This document shows, piece by piece, positions 20,410 to 28,725 of a stretch of DNA of 64,000 nucleotides. The number at the start of each line of letters is the position of its first letter. Position 1 is the stretch's first letter. The translations under genes and the position numbers were made by a program. Under the pieces are notes generated by a model. It was not told the origin of the DNA, did not search any database, and worked only from the letters and a program-made list of their open reading frames with translations. Origin of the DNA: an uncultured Holophagales bacterium (GTDB taxonomy: Bacteria > Acidobacteriota > Thermoanaerobaculia > Multivoradales > UBA5704); NCBI GenBank assembly GCA_963842525.1, contig CAWJGT010000003.1, positions 1,024,001 through 1,088,000 of the forward strand, written 5' to 3'.

Positions 20410-21880
20410 GCCGCCTTCGAAGCGCAACTCGGGGTCGTGCCGGGCGCGATAGAGGAAGCGGAGCACGCTGCGCGTCAGCTCGATCGAGGCGGCCTCCCGC
20501 CGGGCGGCCTCGCAGAAAACCTTCAGGGCCGCCAGGGCTTCGCGGTGGACGAGCTGCCGCTGAAAAATCCAGAACATCTCGTCCGCGATGATGCGTACCT
20601 GCGCCGTCTTTCCCTGCTCCAAGAAGACTGACGACAAGTCCAGGCTCACAAGTGCGTAGTCGTAGCTCAGCTCATCTTTATGGAACGCACGCCGGACCTG
20701 TCCGAAAAGGCTCCGCGCCTTCTCGCCCTGCCCGAGCCCGGCGGCGATCTTCCCTTCCAACCAGACGACACGGGTCAGGTCCAGGTTTCCGCCCAGCCGC
20801 TCTGCCAAGCCCCCTCACTTTCGCCACTCTCGGCTGGGCCTCTTCGGCCCGCCCCAGGTCACACAGGCCAACCGTAAGGTTGAAGTGGAGGCCGAAGGCA
20901 AGTCGCGGCTCACGCTCCTCATCAATCAAGGGTGCCGCGTGTTGCAGCGCCGCTGCTGAGCCCTCTGAGTTGCCGAGAACCTCCAGGACTGCCGACTTGG
21001 TGAGGAGGATCTTCGCTTTCAACTCTCCATTGTCCAGCCCCAGAGCCTCGTTGATCTTCTGCAGGGCTTGAGGGAAGAGCCGCTGGGCTCGGCGGAGGGC
21101 TGCCTCGATCCAGGGGAGCAGGGCCGGGTTGAGGAGCCCCGGGTCGCCTGGGGCGCCGCCCTCCCACAGCTTCAAGGCCCGGGTGAGGGCCTCCCCAGCG
21201 GCGGGCATGTCGTTGCAGACCCGGAGCGCGTTGGCCAGGGCAGCGGTGGCGAGCCCCTGCAATCTCCAGCGCCACTCCTTCCGTCCAGGTACCAGCTCGG
21301 CGATGCGCACGGCCAGGCGGGCGAGCTCCAGCGCCTCTTTCGGGTGGTTGGCCGCCGCGTCCAGGCTCTCCTCCACCACCCGGAGGACCAGTCCCCAGGT
21401 TCGGAATCTCGGGTCCTTTTCGACCAGGGCGAGGCGTTCCGTCAACGTCTTCTTCTTTTTCAGCAACCCCCAGAGGACGTCGGCTCGGTCCTGTGCATGG
21501 ATGGACTCTCCCCCCAGCGAGAGCAGGGTCAGCGCCGAGCGGGCAAAGGTGGCGGCCAGCCGGCCGACCTTGGCGGCGATGGCCTCGATGCGGCGGCGCC
21601 TCACCTCGAAGCGGTCGGCGGGAGCGCCGTCGGGCCGGGCTGCGGCCCGGGTCGCCTCCATCTCGGCGAGCAGCGCATCGATCCTCTCGGGGCCGAGCCC
21701 GAGGAAGGAAGTCAGGTGCTCCAGGCGCTCGCGGGTCAGCCTCTTCCTCCCACGCTCATAGTCGTTGATCTGGTTGGCCGAGATGCCGGCGGCCTCGGCC
21801 AGGTCGGCCTGGCTCCAGCCCAGCGTCTCCCGGAGCGTGTAAAGGACGATGCTCAGATCAGGCAAGCTCTCTCGGGCCAT
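20410..21880 (-). CDS. XRE-HTH + TPR regulator (frameshift in a G5 run near 20810; 3' end approximate)
   Basis: N-terminal cro/XRE HTH; TPR-like helices continue across ORFs 20678..21880 and 19978..20808; protein-like sequence ends at DPELRFE near 20415, although the frame stays open to 19978. Confidence 0.8.
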
Positions 21881-22057
21881 GGGCTCTCCTCGTGAGTGGG
21901 GCCTCTCCCCAACAACAGTTGCCGCAGGGCCTGAATTGGGGACACGAAGACTCGGGAATTTTTTGCGATCCCACGAGATGTGCTCTCAGGGCACACCGGC
22001 AGCGGACGCACCCACCCGTGCTCGTCCTCCTCGCGAAGCCGGCCTAGCCTGGACGGT

Positions 22058-22252
22058 ATGGCGGAACGTGGAAAGCATCTCAAGGCGAACGTGGTGCAAG
22101 ACTTCGCGCGGTGCCTTTCGGTAGCCGACGCCGGCCTGCTCCTGCATGTCATCGACTGCCCGCGGTGTGCAGCCATTGCGCGCAAGGTCCTGGCGGTCAA
22201 GCCCGTGCGCCGGCGCCGCGCCGTGCCGCCGCAGGGAGAGGGCGCGCCGTGA
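22058..22252 (+). CDS. Small protein with HxxxCxxC (zf-HC2-like) motif
   Basis: MAERGKHL...LLHVIDCPRC; divergent from the HTH-TPR gene. Confidence 0.45.
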   Translation: MAERGKHLKANVVQDFARCLSVADAGLLLHVIDCPRCAAIARKVLAVKPVRRRRAVPPQGEGAP

Positions 22253-22395
22253 TGGGGCAGGCCCTCGCGGAGGTGGCGTAGCCATGGCGCGCATCCCGAC
22301 GCCGCTCACCCGAGGGGGAACGGCTCCTTGCGGCGGCGGACACCCCGCTTCGCATTCCCATAGAATGCCGCGGCGACTGACGAGACCTTGAGATC

Positions 22396-23931
22396 GTGCT
22401 TCCCATCTCCGAATCTCTTCGCGCTCGATCTGGAGAGCGGCTCTGGAAGGCCGTCTTTCTCACGATCGTGATCTGGAGCGCTCTGGTCGGGTTGATCGCG
22501 TTCCGCCTGTCCGGCCGCGCCCCCGACGACATCTACATTTCCTATCGATACGCCTGGAACCTGACCGAGGGAAAGGGATTCACCTTCAATCCGGGCGAGC
22601 GGGTGTTTGGCCTCTCGGACCCTGGCGTGGCTTTGCTGCTGGCTGCCGGCCGTGCCGTGACAGGGATCAGCATTCCGGCTCTGGGCTCGTTCCTGACCGC
22701 CGCGGCGCTGCTGGCCGTCGCGGCGGTCCTGCTGATCGAGGCGGCTCGGCGTGGCTTTTTCTGGGAGGGTGTGGGGGGCGGCACCCTGCTGGTGACGTCC
22801 AGCTTTCTCTGGTTCGCGCAGGGCTCCGGCCCCTTGCCGGCGTTGGCGCTTCTCGTGTCCGCCGGCTTCCTTGTGGAACGCAGGCCCTGGCTGGCCGGGG
22901 TCCTGGGCGGTGCCGCGGTCTGGTGCCGGCCGGATGCGCTCCTGGGCTGCTGTGTCCTCATGATCCTTTCGAGGCGAGACCGGGCGCGGTGTCTGCGCTT
23001 CGGCTTGGCCGCGGCTGGCGTCGTCGCGGTGGGAGTGCTCGCGGCTTTGAGCTACTTCGGGCACCCTCTGCCGGGGACCCTTGGGGTCAAGCAGAGCTTT
23101 GGCGCTCTGAATCCTGCCCAGTTCCTGGGTTGGAGCGGATTCTGGAGGAGGGCCCTCGATCTGTTTGCGTGGTTCGAGGGGGACCGGACGCGCGCTCTCC
23201 TGGTCCTGGGCCTTGCCGGCACCGTGGTCCTCTTTCGCGCCCTGGGCCTGGTGGGGAAGACGCTCGTGGCGTACGCGGCCGTTTCGTGCCTGTTCTATGG
23301 AGTGACGAGGGTCTCCTTTGCCGCCTGGTATGTGACGGTCCCGGTCGCCGTTCTCCTGGTCTCCAGTTGCTTTGCCATCGGCGCCTTGGGCCGCCGATGC
23401 GGACGGTTCGTTCGCAGGCCCTGGACGGGAGCTGCCACCGCGGCGGTCCTGTTCCTGCTCGTGGCGGTCCCGGCATTCGCGATGACTTTCCAGAGAGCAC
23501 GGGAGCCCGCGGGCAGGGACTGGCGGCGGGTCGCCTATCGGGCCGCCGGCGAATGGCTGGCCGCGCATGCTCCGGAGACGGCCGACGTGGCGTTCGACGA
23601 GGTCGGGATCCTCGGCTTCTACAGCGACCGGCGGATCCTCGACCTGATCGGGCTGGTCAGCCCGGCCACGCGGCCCTACTCGGCGGTGAACGACCAGCTC
23701 GGCGCTTTCCTCCAGGACCCGACGACGCACGTCGTGTTCCACACGTTCGGCGTGCGCGGCGGGACGCGTCCGCTGGTGTCCCGCCCCTGGTTCAGGCACG
23801 CTTACAGGGAAGTCGCGCGCTTCCAGTACCCCGAGCTGGGGGGCGCCGCCTTCATCTTCGAGAGGAGGCCGGAGGCGAAGCTTCCGCCGGCGCGGCCTCC
23901 CCGGAGGAAGCGGAGGAAGCGGGCGACCTGA
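22396..23931 (+). CDS. Multi-TM GT-C-like glycosyltransferase / membrane protein
   Basis: DDIYISYRYAWNLTEGKGFTFNPGERV, RPD motif, many TM segments, C-terminal GILGFYS..ILDLIGL. Confidence 0.75.
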   Translation: MLPISESLRARSGERLWKAVFLTIVIWSALVGLIAFRLSGRAPDDIYISYRYAWNLTEGKGFTFNPGERVFGLSDPGVALLLAAGRAVTGISIPALGSFLTAAALLAVAAVLLIEAARRGFFWEGVGGGTLLVTSSFLWFAQGSGPLPALALLVSAGFLVERRPWLAGVLGGAAVWCRPDALLGCCVLMILSRRDRARCLRFGLAAAGVVAVGVLAALSYFGHPLPGTLGVKQSFGALNPAQFLGWSGFWRRALDLFAWFEGDRTRALLVLGLAGTVVLFRALGLVGKTLVAYAAVSCLFYGVTRVSFAAWYVTVPVAVLLVSSCFAIGALGRRCGRFVRRPWTGAATAAVLFLLVAVPAFAMTFQRAREPAGRDWRRVAYRAAGEWLAAHAPETADVAFDEVGILGFYSDRRILDLIGLVSPATRPYSAVNDQLGAFLQDPTTHVVFHTFGVRGGTRPLVSRPWFRHAYREVARFQYPELGGAAFIFERRPEAKLPPARPPRRKRRKRAT

Positions 23932-23980
23932 GCAGCGGAGCCGGTTGTGCTAGACTCCCGCCGTCAGCGGCGCTCCCAGG

Positions 23981-24319
23981 ATGATCGTCGAAAAACGCCA
24001 AATCAACGGCTTCACCGTCCTCAACGTCGAGGGGGTCATCAAGCTCGGCGAGAGCGCGCAGTTCTTTGCCCAGACCCTCGAACGGGCCCTGGCGGACGAC
24101 CGGGGCCACGTCATCGTCGACTTCTCCAGGATCAACTTCATCGACTCGACGGGCATCGGCGAGCTGGTCGGCTATCTCGGCCGCTTCCACAACGCCCGGC
24201 GCGACCTGATCCTGGTCAATCCCTCCGAGCGCATCCGCAAGCTCCTGCAGGTGGCCAAGCTGGCCGACCTGTTCACGATCTATGACACCGTGGACGCGGC
24301 CATGGCCGCGGAGCGGTAG
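23981..24319 (+). CDS. STAS anti-sigma factor antagonist
   Basis: VDFSRINFIDSTGIGEL with phospho-acceptor Ser. Confidence 0.9.
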   Translation: MIVEKRQINGFTVLNVEGVIKLGESAQFFAQTLERALADDRGHVIVDFSRINFIDSTGIGELVGYLGRFHNARRDLILVNPSERIRKLLQVAKLADLFTIYDTVDAAMAAER

Positions 24320-25343
24320 CGCCCTGTTCAACCGCATCGCCACGGTGGTCCGCAGCGGCCGGCCGGAGTCCTGGCACTTCGGCGCGGCGGCTGCAGCCGC
24401 TCCTGAAGGCGGCCGGTTGATCGCCCGCCTCGGCGACCCCACGATCGCGACCTGGATCCGCTCGGCGGCCAAGCCGTTCCAGGCGCTTCCGCTGGTGCTC
24501 GCCGGCGGCATCGAGCGCTTCGGCCTCGACGACGCGGACCTGGCGCTGATCTGCGCTTCCCACGGCGGCACCCCCGAGCACGCCAACCGGGCCGCGGACC
24601 TGCTCGCCCGGGGCGGCTTCACCGAAGCGGACCTGCTGTGCGGCGCGCATCCGCCCTTCGACCCGCCGAGCGCCTTCGCCCTCGACCGCGCGGGCACCGC
24701 GCCCGGGCCGCTCCACAACAACTGCTCGGGCAAGCACGCCGGGATGCTCCTCGCCTGCCGTCTCCTCGGTCTGCCGGCCGAGGGGTACATCGATCCGGCT
24801 CACCCCTTGCAGGCAAGGATCCTGGAGCACGTGTCCCGGTTCTGCGGCCTGCCGGCCGCGGAGATCGGGGTGGGGATCGACGGTTGCAGCGCCCCCACGT
24901 ACCACCTGCCGATCGAGGCGGCGGCCCGCGGGTATGCCCTGCTGGCCCATGCGCGCGGGGCAGGGTTACCGGACGATCTGGCGGCGGCGGCCGAGCGGGT
25001 GGTGGGCGCCATGGGCCGCGCGCCGTTCATGGTCGCCGGGCCGGGCCGCTTCACCACCAGTCTGATGGAGGTGACCGGCGGCCGGGTGGTGGGCAAGGAG
25101 GGGGCCGAAGGCTTCTACGGCCTCGCGGTGCGGGGGCCGGTGGCGCTGGGGATCGCGCTCAAGGTCGCCGACGGCGGCGAGCGTTGCCGCGACGGCGTGG
25201 TCCTCGACCTGTTGGTGCAGCTCGGCTCGCTCTCGGGGGCCGAGCTCGCCGAGCTGGACGCCTGGTACCGTCCCACGCTCCACAACCTCAGGGGGATCCG
25301 GACCGGCGAGGTCGTCCCCGAGGCCGAGCTCGAAGAGGAGTAG
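24282..25343 (+). CDS. L-asparaginase II (Rhizobium AnsA-type); start uncertain
   Basis: RSAAKPFQ, CASHGG, NNCSGKHAGML, DGCSAP, KEGAEG. Confidence 0.9.
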   Translation: MTPWTRPWPRSGSALFNRIATVVRSGRPESWHFGAAAAAAPEGGRLIARLGDPTIATWIRSAAKPFQALPLVLAGGIERFGLDDADLALICASHGGTPEHANRAADLLARGGFTEADLLCGAHPPFDPPSAFALDRAGTAPGPLHNNCSGKHAGMLLACRLLGLPAEGYIDPAHPLQARILEHVSRFCGLPAAEIGVGIDGCSAPTYHLPIEAAARGYALLAHARGAGLPDDLAAAAERVVGAMGRAPFMVAGPGRFTTSLMEVTGGRVVGKEGAEGFYGLAVRGPVALGIALKVADGGERCRDGVVLDLLVQLGSLSGAELAELDAWYRPTLHNLRGIRTGEVVPEAELEEE

Positions 25344-25368
25344 GCTTGCGTTCCAGGAATCAGACCCA

Positions 25369-25890
25369 ATGAGACGTTGCCGCGCGGGGGTGCTCCTCCT
25401 GACCGTCCTTCTGCTGCTCCCGGCCTGCCGCAGCCTGCGCCGGGGCGGCGAGCGGCCCCCCTTCCGCAAGGTCGGCCCTCCCGTGGCTTTCGAGATCATG
25501 CGGGACAGCCCGTGGATCCTGGTCCTGGATTTGCGCGCGCTACAGGCCTTCAACGGGGACACCGGCCATCTGGCCCAGGCGTACAACATCCCCCTGGACC
25601 GGCTCCCTTTCCGGCTCGGCGAGATCGCCAACTGGCGCGACGAGACCTTCCTCGTCTACTGCGACACCGCCCGCTGCGCCGAGGAGGGGATGAGGATCCT
25701 GGTGACGAGCGGGTTCGAGGACGCCATCCTGATGGACGGCGGCGTCGACGCCTGGATCGCCAGGGGCTTCAAGACGGTCCTCCCCGAGACGGTCGCCGGC
25801 CAGCCCGAAATCGCCGACGACAGCGCATCGCCCGGCCAGGGCCCCTCCGGGGTTAACGCCGAGGCCGCGGCGCCGCCACCGCCGCGGTGA
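25369..25890 (+). CDS. Rhodanese-like domain lipoprotein
   Basis: Lipobox-like LPAC; VLDLR..GHLAQAYNIP, LVYC, MDGGVDAW. Confidence 0.8.
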   Translation: MRRCRAGVLLLTVLLLLPACRSLRRGGERPPFRKVGPPVAFEIMRDSPWILVLDLRALQAFNGDTGHLAQAYNIPLDRLPFRLGEIANWRDETFLVYCDTARCAEEGMRILVTSGFEDAILMDGGVDAWIARGFKTVLPETVAGQPEIADDSASPGQGPSGVNAEAAAPPPPR

Positions 25891-25908
25891 GCGCAGCCGA
25901 GACCCTAA

Positions 25909-26225
25909 CCCCGATCTGAGGGGAGCTCACCCCGACCGGAGGGGGTCCGGCCCCGATCTGAGGGGAGCTGGTCCTGCTCCGAGGGGGGCTCGCCCCGATC
26001 CGAGGGGACTTGGCCCTGCCCCGAGGGGGTCTGGACCCGACCCGAGGGAGGCTGGCCCCGACCTGAGGGGGAGCTCACTCCGACCCCAGGGGATCTGGTC
26101 CCGACCTGAGGGGGGCTGGCCCTGCTCCGAGGGGGACCCGCCCCGACCCGAGGGAAGCTGGCCCTGACCTGAGGGGGAGCTCACCCCGATCCGAGGGGAG
26201 CTGGCCCCGACCCGAGGGGGAGACC
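25909..26225. repeat. 21-bp tandem repeat array (~15 units)
   Basis: Consensus close to CCCCGATCTGAGGGGAGCTGG repeated head to tail. Confidence 0.88.
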
Positions 26226-26264
26226 CCAGCTCAGGGCCTGGGTCTCCCCCGTTGTTTTGGACGG

Positions 26265-26789
26265 TCAGGAGGACCGTTCCGGGAACCGGCTGTCGAGGAT
26301 CGCGCCCGCCCGCTCCAGCGCGATGCCGCCCGCGGCTTCGAGGAGGTCCGCGAGAGCCTCGGGAGAGCGCACCACGCTCTCGACGGCATGGAGCGCCTCG
26401 ATCACCCGCTCATCGAAGAGAGCCAGGTGGCCGACCACCTCCCGGCCGCTCTCCACGGCAAAGCCGCCGCGGTCCGGCTCGGTGCGCAGCCGGAAGGCCG
26501 GATCCCGACCGGTCCCGGGAAGGATCGCGGCGGCGAGCCGCGCCAGGGACGCGCTGCGGAACACGGCAAACGGCTGGAACCGTCGCGCCTGTCCCTCGCC
26601 GAGACGGTAGAGCCCGAAACCGGCGCCCGGGATCTCTTCGACGGACCAGGGCCCGGCCATGTCGGCCTCGCCAGCCGTCACCGGCTCGTCGCGGTCGCCG
26701 ATCCTCTTCAGAAACTGGGTGGTGAAGGCGTTGCGGGTAGGCGGAACTTCAGGGAAAGACGGGGTGTTAGACTCATCGGAGCCTTGCAT
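26265..26789 (-). CDS. Hypothetical protein (174 aa)
   Basis: GGAGG RBS before MQGSDES; globular-looking sequence; own promoter upstream. Confidence 0.65.
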   Translation of the reverse strand: MQGSDESNTPSFPEVPPTRNAFTTQFLKRIGDRDEPVTAGEADMAGPWSVEEIPGAGFGLYRLGEGQARRFQPFAVFRSASLARLAAAILPGTGRDPAFRLRTEPDRGGFAVESGREVVGHLALFDERVIEALHAVESVVRSPEALADLLEAAGGIALERAGAILDSRFPERSS

Positions 26790-26976
26790 GGAGCTGTTTC
26801 CTCCGTGTCGGGTCAGGCTCGGGAGTGAGGTCGCACTCACTTCCGGGCCGTTTTTGTTGCGGGCCACAGGAGCCCGGCGGAAACGATCGAACGGCTTCGA
26901 ACGTCCTCGGTTCTTCGCGATTCTTTCTCCCTCGGCACCTCCTCTCGCGGCTTGGGTACGACTGATTACGCCTGGA

Positions 26977-27006
26977 AGCGTAACAGTGGGAGGAGCGGGG
27001 TGTCAA
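26977..27006 (-). promoter_or_regulatory. sigma70 promoter
   Basis: TTGACA-N18-TACGCT on the minus strand, about 190 nt upstream of the 26789 start. Confidence 0.6.
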
Positions 27007-27027
27007 GAGGAAATTGCGGAAAGTCAC

Positions 27028-27477
27028 CCCCTGGGAGCGCGGGCGTCCCGCCCGCACCAACTCCCCAGCGACCGGCGCGCTACCGCAAAGCCTATGGCGG
27101 CCCAAAGTCCGTGGAAGGCGGGCGAGACGCCCGCGGTCCCAGGGAAGAACCGGGTCATGCACCCGTGGCGCCTTTCTGCTCCAGGAGGATCTCAAAGTTC
27201 TCCGCGCGAGTTCCGTTTTCGGGTGGCCCGGGAGGCAGGGTGTTCTCAAGGATGTCGAGAGCGCGCCGCATCAAGGGGCCCGGCCTCGGCCAGACGGTTC
27301 GTGTCCTGAAGCAACTGAGCCAGGTTGTTGGGTGGCCCTGGGAGCGCCGGCGTCCCGCCGGCTCTCCACGAGGCTGTGGAGGAGACGGAGCCGCCGACCG
27401 TTGGAGCGGTGGTGGAGCCTGGCAATGCCTCAGCGCCGACGCAGCTCCGGGCCGGCGAGACGCCGGCGCTCCCAGGG
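27028..27477. repeat. Two REPIN-like inverted doublets of a GGGAGCGCnGGCGTCCCGCCnGC palindrome
   Basis: Copies at ~27029-27055/27118-27144 and ~27336-27362/27451-27477 in inverted pairs. Confidence 0.75.
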
Positions 27478-27569
27478 TTCTATTCTTACAGCGCGCGGAA
27501 CGTCTTCGTCAGAGCTCGAGAGCTGTTGTCGAACGCTGACGCGGCGAAATGGAGAGTGGATCTGGCCTG

Positions 27570-27711
27570 ATCCAAACTGGATGAGGAGAAATCCGGAGAG
27601 GATCTTCGGAGAGCCACCTTGGATCAGGCCCGGTCGTCCGAAGATGAGGACAGGAAGAAGAAAGATCCGGACAGATCCAAGGAGGATCCGGACAGATCCA
27701 AGCAGATCAGG
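27570..27711. repeat. Degenerate 21-bp repeat tract (AGATCCGGACAGATCCAAGGA-like), continuing at 28551-28600
   Basis: Units visible on both sides of the 27712-28550 insertion. Confidence 0.65.
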
Positions 27712-27743
27712 GGTCGTGTCCTAACTCAGTGTGGGTGGTGGGG

Positions 27744-28091
27744 CTATTCGTCGGGGCCTTCGGCCGGCTCCCGCTGGCCCTCCCTTTCCGCCCTCATGCG
27801 CTCCAGGCGCGCCTCAAAGCCGGTTGTCTCGACCTGCGGGACCGGCAGCATCGACTCCTCTTCCGGGATGACAGCAGGCTCCCGGGGTGGCGTGGGCATC
27901 TGGACTATGTATGCTTCGCCCTCTGACACGTGCACCACTCTGTGGGTCCAGCGGTCCACCCTGTAGATGCCAACCCCCCCGTCGTTGATGTACCGGTATC
28001 GGGTCTGCCAAAGAAGCAGCAGAAGGAACGCCGCGCCCCCTGCGACCCACAGGCGGCGCCTCCACCGTAGAGGGTCGGGCGGGCTTGTCAT
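27744..28091 (-). CDS. Hypothetical single-TM protein
   Basis: N-terminal TM followed by RYRY..YRVDRWT; 5 bp from the upstream ORF. Confidence 0.6.
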   Translation of the reverse strand: MTSPPDPLRWRRRLWVAGGAAFLLLLLWQTRYRYINDGGVGIYRVDRWTHRVVHVSEGEAYIVQMPTPPREPAVIPEEESMLPVPQVETTGFEARLERMRAEREGQREPAEGPDE

Positions 28092-28096
28092 GGCGC

Positions 28097-28339
28097 CTAT
28101 GGCTTCTCCTCGGAGCTAGCGCACGACCTCGCGGCAGCGACTATTTCATCCAGGCCCGCTCGATCGATGGGCTGTCCGATGGCATTAGCGTGGTGAATCG
28201 CGTCGGTAAGAAGGTCAGTCAACGCAGTCCGCAGGTCGCGGTCGTTGTCGGTGTAGAGTGCTAGAGCCTCTGCCGCTCTCCTGCCCCTGTCTTCCCGATT
28301 TCGCTGTCTGCGCAGCACCGTGGCATCGCCGTCCGCCAT
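28097..28339 (-). CDS. Hypothetical small helical protein, mobile-element-like
   Basis: G-rich RBS-like sequence upstream; NREDRGRRAAEALALY...LTDLLTDAIH. Confidence 0.6.
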   Translation of the reverse strand: MADGDATVLRRQRNREDRGRRAAEALALYTDNDRDLRTALTDLLTDAIHHANAIGQPIDRAGLDEIVAAARSCASSEEKP

Positions 28340-28342
28340 GGA

Positions 28343-28540
28343 TCACCCCCCCTTTCTTTCAATCATATCGTAGAGAGCGCGGTGCTCGCCCATGGCTTCC
28401 GCTTCGTCGGCGGTGTACGCCTTGGGAAGGGAGTGCCGGGCGCCACGCAAGACCATGGCGATCTGGCGGAGCTTGCCGGCGGCACACCGGATCAGCCGCT
28501 GAGCGGCGACTTCGTCGCGGGTCTTGGGTGGGACGGACGA
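28343..28540 (-). pseudogene. 5'-truncated hypothetical ORF
   Basis: Protein-like 3' part (AQRLIRCAAGKLRQIAMVLRGARHSLP) is cut by the right TIR. Confidence 0.4.
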
Positions 28541-28725
28541 GGACACGACCAGATCAGGACAGATCGGAGGCAGATCCGGACAGGTCGGAATCAGATGTCC
28601 TGAAATTTCCTCTGGGGCGTGTGACATTGGGCTCGCCACGGACGCCTCAGCTACGTCCCCCATCTCCCCCGCTTGCCCTGCCGCGGCAAATCGGCTACAA
28701 CGGCTCCGATTACAGGGAGAGCCTT

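Larger units (their letters stand above)
27712..28550. mobile_element. 839-bp TIR-bounded insertion carrying small ORFs, no transposase
   Basis: GGTCGTGTCCT (27712-27722) and AGGACACGACC (28540-28550) are perfect inverses; AGATCAGG direct repeat at 27704-27711 and 28551-28558. Confidence 0.6.

Noticed and set aside
19978-20410. Functional antisense overlap of the HTH-TPR C-terminus with the peptide gene
   Set aside because: The extension reads through a terminator and looks like shadow sequence; a lost stop or an indel is more likely
25909-26225. CRISPR array or real CDS 25927..26184
   Set aside because: Contiguous 21-mers without spacers; one-base length variants shift the frame and the ORF is low-complexity
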